This document shows positions 39,433-52,557 of a stretch of 64,000 bases of DNA, piece by piece. The position numbers were made by a program, and so were the translations under genes. Where the stretch lies: the NCBI RefSeq assembly GCF_006345805.1, contig NC_042998.1, forward strand, positions 79,360,001-79,424,000, written 5' to 3'. Positions within the stretch are counted from its first letter, which is position 1. Each line of letters begins with the position of its first letter. The notes under the pieces were generated by a model. That model ran no database searches. It saw nothing but the letters and a program-made list of their open reading frames with translations, and had not been told where the DNA came from. Source of the stretch: Octopus sinensis. Taxonomy: Eukaryota.

Positions 39433-39937
39433 AGATTTGTTGTGAGAGAAATAGAAACAGTAAAAGAAAATACGTAAAAGGGAGAGAGAGTACATGGTGA
39501 AAGGAGAGAGAAAGAGAAAGGATGCATGCGAGTTATTGACTGAATGCTAACAGACGTATGACTGTGGGTGTGGGAAAGAGGAGGGAAGAATAAAATTAAT
39601 AGTGCAAGAGAAAGTGAGAGAGAGAAAGAGAAAGAGAGAAACATAGAGAGGTGTGTTGAGTAAATGACAGCCCCAGAGAGAAAGAAAGAACGAAAAAGAG
39701 GCATGGATTGCGAAGTTTGAGGCTAGAAGTATATTAGTAAAGAGTAACGGACTGCTAAGACTAACGAATAAGAAAAGAGAATAAAATTGATAGAATTAAA
39801 AGGAAAGGAAAGAAAAGAAAAGAAATGAATGAAGAGAAGACAGAAGGGGAGTGGAGAAGAAAAATATGAAGAAAAAGGAGAAAAGTACAAAACTCTAACG
39901 AGTAAGAGACTAGTATGTATGTCTATGTGCTTACATG

Positions 39938-39975
<38 letters not shown>

Positions 39976-40763
39976 GTGTAGGTGTAATGCGCATGCGTGT
40001 ATATACACACACACATACTGATCTGTTTGTCTCAGCCTGTACTTTGGTGTGTGTTTGAGAGAGTGAGTGAGAGAGAAAGAGAGAAGTGGAGAGCGAGGAG
40101 CAAAGGTGGACACAGACTATTCTCTGACAGTGAACACCAATTATAGGTTTTGTACTAAATAAGCTGTTGCCAAAACGTTATCTGTTCTGTTCAGAAATCT
40201 TGTATGAATTTAACTGCCAAAGTTGAACTGAGTAACGTAACTCATGTCCGAGATAGGCTTGAAGGAACCTCATTCTTCAAGAACAATGGTTGCAATTTTG
40301 TTTCGTAATGTTTTTCCTTTACTTTTGTGATTTGGGTTATTAGACAAACACAGGGATGTGCCATGATTTATTTCCATTTTTTTCTCCCTTTCTGCTGCGT
40401 GTTCAAGCAAATTGATTGATAGAATATCTCTTTTACGACAATCTTCTCTTCATAAGAAGAAACCATAAATTTATGTTCCCATTTTTTTAAAAATCAGTTC
40501 TAGCTCAATATGTGTGTGTGTGTGGTGTGGTGTGTGTGTGTGTAAGCCAGTTTCTTTCAAATTTATGTTGAAGCGAGGTTAAAAGCATTGTCTTTGTTTA
40601 ACATTTTGAACAAGTTATTCCTTCTTTTTCTTCTTCTTCTTCTCTACCTCCTTCCCTTCCTACTTCTTCTCTTTCTCACTTTCATAATGAAAGATCATGC
40701 GCACACGTCTGTATGCCTGTGCGTGTATGTAATTCTATTCTGATATCTCAAAGAACAATAGCA

Positions 40764-40847
40764 AGAAGAAGAAGAAGAAGGAGGAGGAGGAGGAGGAGGA
40801 GAAGAAGAAGAAGAAGAAGAAGAAGAAGAAGAAGAAGAAGAAGAAGA
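40764..40847. repeat. (GAA)n/(GGA)n compound microsatellite
   Basis: Direct read. Confidence 0.9.
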
Positions 40848-41114
40848 ATGTCTTCACCAATCTACTCACGAACAACTAGTGACGATAGAATTTTGACTGT
40901 GAACAAGTGGTAGCTGTATAAATCAAAAGCGTATCGCATGTTCTGTTCATTGAGTACTTATATCTGACAAACAGAGAACATGATACGGTTTCAATCTTCA
41001 TGCTGAAATTATTCTTACGTCAGTAACGTAATTTGCAAAGACGTGAATGATGCAGTCTTTATTTCTCACTCCTGAAAAATAGCCACGTCAAAGCGCATCC
41101 AGTTACAAGATATT

Positions 41115-41716
41115 TATTTCTTTATTGCCTACAGGGGGCTAAACATAGAGGGGGCAAACAAGGACAGACAAAGGGATTAAGTCGATTACATCGATCCCAG
41201 TGCGTAACGGCTACTTATTTAATCGACCCCGAAAGGATGAAAGGCAAAATCGACCTCGGCGGAATTTGAACTCACAACGTAACGGCAGACGAAATACCTA
41301 TTTCTTTACTACCCACAAGGGGCTAAACACAGAGAGGACAAACAATGACAGACAAACGGATTAAGTCGATTATATCGACCCCAGTGCGTAACTGATACTT
41401 ATTTAATCGACCCCGAAAGGATGAAAGGCAAAGTCGACCACGGCGGAATTTGAACTCGGAACGTAGCGGCAGACGAAATACCTATTTCTTTATTACCCAC
41501 AAGGGGCTAAACACAGAGGGGACAAACAAGGACAGACATAGGTATTAAGTCGATTACATCGACCCCAGTGCGTAACTGATACTTAATTTATCGACCCCGA
41601 AAGGATGAAAGGCAAAGTCGACCTCGGCGGAATTTGAACTCACAACGTAACGGCAGCCGAAATACCGCTAAGCATTTCGCCCGACGTGCTAACGATTCTG
41701 CCAGCTCGCCGCCTCA
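41115..41716 (-). mobile_element. SINE family A trimer, terminal tail A, 14-bp TSD
   Basis: Three units with GAAATACCTATTTC junctions; TSD AGTTACAAGATATT at 41101-14 and 41717-30. Confidence 0.9.
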
Positions 41717-41970
41717 AGTTACAAGATATTAGGATCAGCATGTTTGTTTGCTCTGTCAAACTATATCATTCTCTGTCTAATATTGTTTTATAAGTTTTGC
41801 TCACTAAAGTGCAGTAGTGCTGTGCCGCTTACAAGAGTTTTGGTTTGGTACGTATTTCATCGTAATTTATTTGTCATATAAGTTAATTTGCCTTTTGAGA
41901 ATGAAAGGGTGTAACACGACTTAATTCAATACTTAAATGGTATAGTACACACACACACACACACATACAC

Positions 41971-42077
<107 letters not shown>

Positions 42078-42719
42078 ATGTGTGCAAAGTCTACAGAGGG
42101 CTGAATAGTAATTTTCAGACCAGGGCGAAATATTGTAAGTTTGGGTGAAGCAGAGATTCGTAGCTGTCGTAACAAAGTACCAGATATATTCGGTTTTCCA
42201 AACAGTTTCCGTCACATGCCTCACTTTCTTTCTCGTTTATGTATATTATCTTTTTCTATCTAGCTTACTTATTTATGCACTATGGCGCTTACGCGTATGT
42301 GGATTAAACAAAAGGAAACAAACAAACCTCATATGTCACACGAAGATATTTCAGAATGTTTACCACAGGATACCTAAAGGGAGATTTAGACGTCTCAGTA
42401 ACTATTCACCTTGTTGTTAGAGATTGTAGCTGAAGATGTTGCAGACTAGATAAATATATAAATTTCAATTACTAATAGCACAAACACTAGTTTCGTACCA
42501 CACTACGGAGAGACGTATCTCTCACATCAGTTCTGATGTTGCAAGTAAAATACAAAATAATTTAAAGATTTCTTTTTCATTCCCTTGGCTCTTAGTGAAT
42601 ATACAGGCATGCAAGATTAACCCCAAACTGACAATATTTGTTCGTTGTTTCCTCTGACGCAACTCTAAAAGAAGAGACTGGCTTGCATTAAAAGTACTTA
42701 GCAACATTAAATGATCTAA

Positions 42720-43830
42720 GTCGTGAATTAAAAATGCGCTTGATGGAGCCTAATCAAATATTAATGTTCCGCTGCATAAACTTGTCAGTGTTGCAACAAA
42801 TGGATCGCCAGCAGTGGTGGAGAAAAAGAGTGAATAACTGTACTTATGAAAAGTTACCGCAGCTTTCCGAAGTTTCTCCTGTTCATTGCATTATTCACTG
42901 TGAATACATGGTAACCAGATGTTTCAAGTATGAAGATGTTATGGAATCTATCTTTGAAAGTGTCAGTTTCAAGCCATGCTTACCGACGTTTCAGACACTA
43001 TTGGGGAGCTGAAGCTAGAATTTAAACCCAGTTATATATCTTCCTACTGCGTTTTGAAGTGGTTGTCGACTAGCAATGTTTTAAGTTGGTATATGGATCC
43101 ATTGGAGCTATTATTAGCTTTCTTATAGAAAAAAATCTTATCCTCGACTAGAAAATTATGAATAGATGCAAGATCTAATGTCCCAAATAAAGCTTCTACT
43201 AATTCTTCAGAAGGATAAGCTTATTTTTTTATCTGACTCAGATAATTTTCAGTTATCAGAATAAAATGAGAGTTTTTCAGCGAGAAATTTCCGTTTCCTT
43301 CCATGTCGCAGTATGAGATTAAATACATCACCTGGTATTGAAATGAAAGACCACATACCGAAAGAAAACAAAGATTGCTTGATAATTTCCTTGCCATTTA
43401 TGATGTCTTGCAGCAGCTGAAACCTTTTTGTGTTATAAATCCACGGCTTGTTTGGCCAATAATGTTTGTTCGATTCCCGAGCCTCTGGTCACAGAATTAC
43501 TTACTGTGGAAATGAAACTAATGGAATTACAAACGACCTGGGTCTAAAGATGGTCCACTAATCCCAGTCTAACATTGAGTTCTAGAAACAAGTTCCAAAA
43601 ATAATATATATATATATCTATCTTGTCTTTTCGAAAACTAGTGTGCAATGAATCTGCAACTAATATGTTCAGTTCAACATATTGTTGTGTATCGCTTTAC
43701 TCTATCTAGAAGTTTGTGAAGTCTTTCCATTGTATAACCCTTACAAAGAAACATCTGACAAAGGCAATTCTTACTGCTTTAATAACATATCGGACGAATT
43801 TTCAACGATTCAGAACCAAAATAGGAAGCC
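42720..43830 (+). mobile_element. hAT (Buster/SPIN-like) transposase remnant
   Basis: VATNGSPAVVEKK (cf. VTTDGAPAMVG), VHCIIHCEYMV..YEDVM (cf. CIIH motif), KWLS (cf. RWLS); many stops and frameshifts. Confidence 0.65.
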
Positions 43831-44727
43831 ACAAAACCTCTTGACGGAGTAAACAGCAGTTTCAATAGTCAGGTATAATAATTGTAACACGGAATGTCAT
43901 AAAGATATAAAACTGCAATTTTGTGAGGAGGTAAATTATTAAGATAATTTTCATTTTCTTAGTTTAGTTATTTTAGATATTTTCTCCCACGTTTTAACTA
44001 GAAATTAACCAAGACAAATAAATACCAGTAGAAATATTTGGCACGAGGTCACTTTTGTCGTTTTATATTTAGAGCACTAAATTTATGTTTCTGAAATGGG
44101 AATTCGCATATTTCTTAGATGTTCAATTCATTACCGTATTAAACACCCTCAGTATAGTTAAGACTATCATTATTCTATATTTAGAAAACATTTTATGTGT
44201 GTGTGCGTACGCATGCGCACGCGCGTGTGTGTGTGTGTGCGTCGCTATGTGATTACTAAAATTAGCAGTTTAAAAAACTAATTCTTTTTTTTATTTGTTG
44301 AACTTTGGAGAAAGGGCAGTGTCCATAGTGTTCGTAATTTCTTCAAGACCGGTGAGATTGATGCTGTTAGTTTTCTTCTGGAATCATTACAAGCCAAGAC
44401 CTACAGGAAAGACATGAGCAGCAAAGATGCTTAAGAGAGTTGATGCTCTGAGAAAGAAACGGTTAGATGCAGTGGTTTGGAAGGACCAAGGAATTGGACA
44501 TAATAAGAGCGATGAAAGGAGGAGTGACGTGTCGGTTAGGAATAACTGAATAAAGGGAAACTCAAACTGAGCCTGTTCCAAAGAACAAAGGTCATTATAG
44601 TTGCAGCAGAACAGCAGAAAGAGGGGGATCAGTGCGCCTGTGGGCGAGAGGCGAGAGCATAAGTGACTTTATACCAATCTGTCAGGTAGCCTTTTATCTG
44701 GTTGCGTACATATATGTGTGCGTGTAT

Positions 44728-44794
<67 letters not shown>

Positions 44795-45664
44795 TATGCT
44801 GCAGCATCACCTCACCACCCCAGATGTGGAAGCATGAATAAATTTGTGAAACTTTGTTATAAAATGTGTGAGAAAATTTCGATTATGTCTTACAACTCTC
44901 AAGTATATGAAGTTTATCGTACGTGGGTCTTATATTAAACAAGTTAGACCGTCCTTGTTACAATATGTTGTTCCTGACATAAATTGTACTCTGTAGAAAT
45001 TTCTAGTTAAACACCGCAGCGTTTCAACGAACATGCCTTATTCCTTTGTCTCTTCTGTGGCATGGTGGGGGGTCATTGAAATGGTTTTATCCCTTCTCCA
45101 CAACACTGAAGTTGCATGTCAATGAAGGAATTCACTGTTTCAAGATTAATACGATTGTTAATTCCATATCAATCAAATATGCTTAAGAAGCCATAATTCT
45201 GAAGGGAAACAGGAATACGTTGATATAAGGTTTTAAAATAATTACTTAAATATATTTATATAATATAAAATCTTTATTGTGGTTATAAACATTATAGCAA
45301 ATAAAATTAAAATCAAATTAATACATGAGAAAATTTTGAAGAATTTACACGATATGATAAATTGATAATATCATTTGGGCGTTATAACCTTTAAAGAGGA
45401 TATTCAACCTTTAAAGAGGATATTCATCAAAATTCTAAGGAACTAATCTTTTAAAAACACGAACACTCCCATACTGTAAATATATGTTCGATTAACACTA
45501 AATACTGATACTTGTATCAGTCAGTGTTAGTTAATGCACTGTGATCATAATGACTTGTATACATACATGCACACGCACAGAGAGACAAACAGACAGATAA
45601 ACAGAGATGGATGGATTGATGGGTGGACAGCCAAGCGGACAGAAAGAGAGATAGACAGACAGAC

Positions 45665-45750
<86 letters not shown>
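45665..45750. repeat. (GATA)n microsatellite
   Basis: Direct read. Confidence 0.95.
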
Positions 45751-45751
<1 letters not shown>

Positions 45752-46163
45752 AAGGCGACGAGCTGGCAGAAACGTTAGCACGCTGGGCGAAATGCGTAGC
45801 CGTATTTCGTCTGCCGTTACGTTACGAGTTCAAATTCCGCCGAGGTCGACTTTGCCTTCCATCCTTTCGGGGTTGATTAAATAAGTACCAGTTATGCACT
45901 GGAGTCGATATAATCGATTTAATCCGTTTGTCAGTCCTTGTTTGTCCCTTCTGTGTTTAGCCCCTTGTGAGTAGTAAAGAAATAGGTATTTCGGCTGTCT
46001 TTACGTTCTGAGTTCAAATTCTGCTGAGGTCGACTTTGCCTTTCATCCTTACCGGGTCGATAAATTAATTACCAGTTACGCACTGAGGTCGATGTAATTG
46101 ACTTAATCCCTTTGTCCTTGTTTGTCCCCTCTATGTTTAGCCCCTTGTGGGCAATAAAGAATT
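45752..46163 (+). mobile_element. SINE family A dimer, tail A, lying between GATA repeats
   Basis: Head AGGCGACGAGCTGGCAGAA; junction GTAGTAAAGAAATAGGTATTTC; end GGGCAATAAAGAAT; GATA repeats on both sides. Confidence 0.9.
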
Positions 46164-46183
46164 AAGATAGATAGATAGATATG

Positions 46184-48254
46184 TTTCTTTATTAGCCACA
46201 CAGGGCTGCACACAGACAGAACAAATTACAAGGTAGAGCTTTTCTTTTGGGGGTAAAAAAAAGGGGGGTTGGTTTTCGATCAAAAGGGATCGTAAAAGGA
46301 AAGAAAGAGGACAAAAAAAAGGGGAGGATTTAAAAAAAAAAGGGGGTGAGAAGAAAAAAAAAAGAAAAGGGGAGAGGAAAAAAAGTTGATCAATAAGGAT
46401 CGTAATCACAGAAATGTCAATATGAAGTGTGAAAGGGAGGACAGGTGAGGTTTACCCGTGGAAAGAAAAGCCTACGGAAAAGACCACGGTAACCTCGGTC
46501 AATGAAGTCACATGTTATATTTCTTTTTTCTTTTTTTTTTGCAAATAAGCAACTCTCTGTATTAATTTTTACGGTTCATAGAATCATAGTCAAGGTGACT
46601 TCGTCATTCATACGTGCCATCCTTGCTACATTCACCCAGCTTTTTCTAAAACATTCACTAGACAAAACTTGCCTCTCTACTCTCACTTTCCTTTTCAAGT
46701 GATACTTGAAGAAGTTGATCAGAGATTGACCAGAGAGGAAAGTGTTTGTCTCTAATCCTTTCAGGCGCGTCCACCAGATACATTCTTTCGCCATAGCCAC
46801 AATTATGATAAAAATAGCTCTTCCTTCCCGTTTGGAGGAAGGAGGCGTGACGATATAACGATAGACTCGGCTGATAAACCGACACGTCCCACACGTGACA
46901 GCAGTCGTTCGACATAAGTCCACAGGTCGGAAATTGCTGGACACTGCACGATTGCGTGCAGAGCGGTTTCGTCGCTCTGTCCGCATCTCGGGCAGGTCGG
47001 CCCCGTGTTTCTCGAGCCATGCCTATAGAGCTTATCCCGAACGGGTAGCGCTTCTCGGTAGCACCGCCAGGCCAGGGATCTCTGGAAATTGTCCATAGGT
47101 CCCGGGCCGAAAGTCGTTTGAAACAGGCGGGTCAGGTATTCCTCGTCGACGCCCAGGTTTGCCCTGAGATCGTCGTCGTACCTCCCCTCCACTAATCCCC
47201 TATAGAATGCTTTGGTTGTGTTGAAGTAACTCAAGGTCGACCCGGGACGGCAGAGTTGCTTGAGAGCAACGCGACTCTCGCGGTGCCATTCGCCCTTCCT
47301 CGGTCTCTTTTTGATCCACGACTGCAGTTCGGTCATGGAGACGAGTTGCGGGAATGCGTGCCCCACAAACGGCGACCACACCTGTTCACCGTCGTCTACA
47401 TAGAGCCGGAGATGTCGCAGTCTCAGCGCGTGTTTGCGCATCATCAACCACGGCATGCCCAGCCCTCCTTTTAACGGGTGTTGACAGCAAATGGATCGCT
47501 TGACCATCGGGACGCATCCTTTCCACAAGAAGCGGAAGAGAATGCGTTCTAGTTTGGTGATGGTAGGGTCGGGACAAGGTACGACGGTCAGGCGGTAGTA
47601 GATGATGGACGCGATGTACGTGTTCGCCACCTCCGCCCGACCTCTTAGGGACAGTTTCCTCTCGGCCCATTGCTGGGCGAGAGTGACCACCCTACTCGTT
47701 ATCTCGTTCCAGTTCTTCTCCATTTGGAGGTCCGGACCGAACCAGACCCCGAGCAACTCAACCAGACCGTCTGTCCAGCGTCCCACGACGGAGGTACTGG
47801 TGGACGGCATGGGCTTGCTTTTCCAGGTGCCGAGCCGCAAGCCCACTGACTTTTCCCGGTTGATTTTTGCTCCTGTCACCGCTTCGTAGTCTTTCAGTGT
47901 CTCGCCGACCCGCTCGATGTGCTCGTGGCTTGACAATATGACGGTGACGTCGTCCGCGTATGCAGACACGCTCGTCCCGCATCCCAATTCTCGCGGGATG
48001 CCCCTCAGAGTCGCCAGCTTCCGCAGTAGTGGCTCAAGGGTCAATACGTATAGAAGCGCCGAGAGGGGGCATCCCTTACGGACCGAACGTGCAATGTCGA
48101 AAGGTCTCGATAGATGTCCATTTACGCGAATTACCGAACGGATGCCTCTGTACAAAGCAGCTATCCAGCCGCGGAAGACGGGACCGAAACCAGCCGCTCT
48201 CAGGACTGCCTCCAAGTATCGATGGTCTACCCTATCGAAGGCTTTCGATTGATC

Positions 48255-48255
<1 letters not shown>
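46184..48255 (-). mobile_element. Tx1-clade LINE copy 2, 5'-truncated within RT, ORF2 nearly intact (one frameshift near 46850), flanked by (GATA)n on both sides
   Basis: DQSKAFDRVDH, KGCPLS, AYADDVTV, GAKINREKS, ELLGVWFG; knuckle CPRCGQSDETALHAIVQC; C-terminus in ORF 46576-46986; 3' UTR with AATAAA. Confidence 0.92.

Positions 48256-48330
<75 letters not shown>
48256..48330. repeat. (GATA)n microsatellite at the 5' junction of Tx1 copy 2
   Basis: Direct read. Confidence 0.95.
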
Positions 48331-48883
48331 TCATTCATAGATTGATCGGTTGATTGATTGATGCATATATACGTGTGTATATGTCCCCTAGTTCTTTAGT
48401 TTGCTTCATCCATTACAGTCAATGCCATTCAGAGGCCTCACCTTCGGAATTGAATGTTCGATGGTTTTTTAGTCACGGGTCCAAGATATGTGCGTGTGTG
48501 TGTACGCGCGCGCGTATGCGTGTGTACGTGTGAGTGTGTGTATACATATATGCATACATACATACATACATACACACATATACATATATATATATATATA
48601 TACATGTGTGTGTGTGTGTGTGCGTACTTTGTACTTGCTGGATCAATGAATTTGCAGAGGAAGCTCCACTGTGGTCATAGCCTTTTTGCGGATAGTTGTT
48701 CTGATATTAGAAAATAGCGCATCTAAATTTGTAAGACGCCGAGCGAACTTAGATCACTTTTCATTATTCTTTTGAAATGCAGTTCTCCAAATGATATCCT
48801 TTAAATTTTAAACTGTTACAGTATGGGTTCCTGGAACGAGAGTTTTTGAGAATGCTGGCATATGACACTATCACCTATTCCTC

Positions 48884-48934
<51 letters not shown>

Positions 48935-49130
48935 CTTTCTTTCTCTCTCACACTCACTCGCACACGCGCACACAAAAACGCACACCTCACCCTCTCTTTA
49001 TCTCTTAGTCTCTCTCCCTCCTTCATTTTTCCCCTCCTTTTCTTTCTCTCCCCGCTCTCTCTTTCGCACACATGCACACTTTTTCCCTCTCACTCTCTCT
49101 CTCACTCTCTCCCCCTCTCTCTCTCTCTCT

Positions 49131-49171
<41 letters not shown>

Positions 49172-49552
49172 ATGCCAAAGGTCAGAATAAGAATCTTTTA
49201 GAACTTTCCGTAAGAATCTAATCGTATATTCTTCTCGCCAGCATTCAAAAGCATAGGATAATGTTCAGGGGCCTTCCAAGATGTAATGGTCTCCAGCTCT
49301 GCACTTTTTCTTTATGTATACTATGCGCAATCTATCAAGTAAGGTCTAGTCCGCTCATATACCGTAAACGTAAATACTCGTACAACATACAAATGACGCA
49401 TCTACATACATGTCATTCCCAATAATACAATTATCTTTTTTTTCAGTCATTTGACTGCGGCCATGCTGGAACACCGCCTTGAAGGGTTTTAGCCGAAAAA
49501 ATCGACACCGAGACTTACTTTATAAATATATATGTATTTTTTAAACTCTAGT

Positions 49553-49955
49553 ATAAGGCGCAGAAGTGGCTGTGTGGTAAGTAGCTTGCTTACCAACATG
49601 GTTCCGGGTTCAGTCCCACTGCGTGGCATCTGCTATAGCCTCGGGCCGACCAATGCCTTGTGAGTGGATTTGGTAGACGGAAACTGAAAGAAGCCTGTCG
49701 TATATATGTATATATATATATATATGTGTGTGTGTATGTTTGTGTGTCTGTGTTTGTCCCCCTAGCATTGCTTGACAACCGATGCTGGTGTGTTTACGTC
49801 CCCGTCACTTAGCGGTTCGGCAAAAGAGACCGATAGAATAAGTACTAGGCTTACAAAGAATAAGTCCCGGGGTCGATTTGCTCGACTAAAAGGCGGTGCT
49901 TCAGCATGGCCGCAGTCAAATGACTGAAACAAGTAAAAGAGTAAAAGAGTAAAAG
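49553..49955 (+). mobile_element. SINE family B, near full length (tail/head fragments of the same family at ~49436-49520 and ~50095-50240, minus)
   Basis: TAAGGCGCAGAAGTGGCTGTGTGG..GGGTTCAGTCCC head; internal TA/TG repeat; tail ..GACTGAAACAAGTAAAAGAGTAAAAGAG. Confidence 0.85.
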
Positions 49956-50420
49956 AGAGTACTTATTCCTTCGGTTTTTTTTTTTTTTTGCTGAACCGTT
50001 GAAGGAACGTAACACAACGACACTGGTTTCCGAGCGGTGATGGTGGAGTGGCGGACAAGCAAATGCGCGCGCACGAACGCACGCATACACGCTTATATGC
50101 GTCTACCAAATCCAATCACAAGGATTTGGTTGACCCAAGTCAATAATAGAAGACATGTGCCCATGTTGCCACGCAGTGGGACTGAACCCGGAACCATGTG
50201 GTTGGGAAGCAAGCTTCTTACCACACAGCCACACCTGACCCTATCCACGCTTGCGCCTATCCATGCCTGCGCCTATAAGCTCAGAGATTATAAATTGTTT
50301 CCATTTTACGAGCAAAAGAGGGTCTTTCTCTGGAGATCTTTTTTCTGAATCCGAATGCATAGAATTACATGACACTGGACAGCATGTTATTGTTATTCTC
50401 CTGGTTATATATATATATCA

Positions 50421-50637
50421 TTCAAAATGTAACCGCGTGTGTACCGTTGGCGACTTTTTTTCCTCCGTCTTCCCTTCTCTGGATCTTTCCTTTTCCTATG
50501 TTTCTGACGAAGAGCTCCGCTCGAAACGTTAAACCCTCCTTCTTCCCTTCCTTCCTGAGCGTCCAATAATACTATATTTGTTCCACGTCCTCGCGTTGTT
50601 GTGTTTTCTCTTTGTGTTTTCATGTTTGGATTAACTA
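50421..50637 (+). mobile_element. ~215-bp hammerhead-bearing element in (TA)n
   Basis: Close homolog of 33022-33230. Confidence 0.8.
50500..50534 (+). ncRNA. Minimal type-I hammerhead ribozyme (GUU site)
   Basis: GTTT CTGACGA A GAGC-tcc-GCTC GAAAC GTT AAAC: 4-bp stems I and II, palindromic ACGT stem III. Confidence 0.65.
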
Positions 50638-50658
50638 TATATGTGTGTGTGGTGTGTG

Positions 50659-50726
<68 letters not shown>

Positions 50727-51419
50727 TAAATAATAAGGGTAAAAAATTGAATATTAATTTGATTAATATCAATTTAAGACCAGTGGCCTAGCATATTGAA
50801 AAATCTGAAGATTCAGAAAAAATTATATTAGTAGAAGACATTTGCCCAAGGTACCACATAGCGGGTCTGAACTGGTAACCATGTGGTTAGGAAACAAACT
50901 TTTTACCACTTAGTCACGCTTGCACTTATAATTATTAATTAGTATCTTATTTTCCATAACAAACCTGTCGTATATGCAATAGTTTATAGTGTACGCATTA
51001 ATGCATTTTTCGTGCGTTGGTTGAAAAACGTGTGGGCACGCGCATGCGCACAGTATAAAGGGAGCAGTGCATTGTTTCAAAGTTCGAAATTACTGTTAGG
51101 CCTTAAGACAATAATGAGGTTCTGCACCGGATTCATTCATTATCCGTGTGCGCAAACACACACACACACACACACATCACCACCGCCAACCCACCATCGA
51201 CAGACATATGCTTGCGCGCGCACGCGAAAGAATGTAGATAATTGCGCAGTCCTTATATCCATGATAATTCGAAACATTTATTAAGTCGTAGACATTCAAA
51301 AGTGATTATTCAGAAAATATTCAGAAAGAGGCCGATATCACCTGCATAATGGCAAGTGTGAAAGTGAAACGCCGTGGGGTGGTTCTGGTGATATCGATAT
51401 CGAAGGGAACGGCGAAAAT

Positions 51420-51476
<57 letters not shown>

Positions 51477-51575
51477 GTGCATATGTTTGTACATATATTT
51501 GTACATATATGCATATTTACACATATATAGACATATACATATATACATATATACATACATATATGCATATATATA

Positions 51576-51617
<42 letters not shown>

Positions 51618-52169
51618 TATATATTACAAGACAAGTGTATGTGTGCTTATGTGTGTGTATAAAAATACACACAGACACACACATAACACACATACACACA
51701 TACACACACACACACATATATATATATGCATATATGCATATATGCATATGCACACGCACATACACATATGCGTGTGTCTTTGTGTCATTATGTACGCACT
51801 CGCTCGCACACGAGTATAGCCATATCATCTAAAATGATGACAGCTTTATTAATTAGAGTGAATGGTGCATTCGTTCAAAGGAAATTAAATATTAAATTCT
51901 TTCTTTTCAAAATATTAACTTCTGTACATACACAAACACATACTCTGTATGTGTACATGTATATGTGTGTATGCATGTGGTGTGTCTATGTATGTGTATG
52001 AGAAAGAGAGAAAGAGAAAGGGAGCATGCATGAGTTAGTGTGAAATTAAATATTAATTTATTTTCTTTTGAAAATGTCTTCTATATCATGTAATATACAA
52101 TATATATATTAAATTTTAAATTCGTTTCTTGGTTTTGGAAATAGTCATCTATAACACGCACGCCATATA

Positions 52170-52214
<45 letters not shown>

Positions 52215-52523
52215 CGTGTGTGCGTGTGTGTGTGTGTGTGCGTGTGTGTGTGTGTGTGTTTGCGTACACGCGCGTATGTGTGTATGTGCGTGCATAAATA
52301 TACACACACATACACACACAATCTTATGAGTATATTTGTGTATGTGTCTATATATGCATATGTATATGTGCGCATATGTGTTTAAATGTACATGTGTGTG
52401 TGCATAAATGTACACATACAAACGTGTGTGTATGTTTGTGTGTGTGTGTGTGTATGAACATGTGCATATATGTCTATAAATATACATATGTGTGCGTATA
52501 AACATACATAATATGTATGCATG

Positions 52524-52557
<34 letters not shown>

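Noticed and set aside
39306-39500. Poly-glutamate ORF
   Set aside because: (GAA)n microsatellite with no splice or codon context.
48256-48338. N-terminal '[12 protein letters not shown]' of the 511-aa ORF
   Set aside because: In-frame read-through of the (TATC)n flank; the real homology starts at DQSKAFD (48255).
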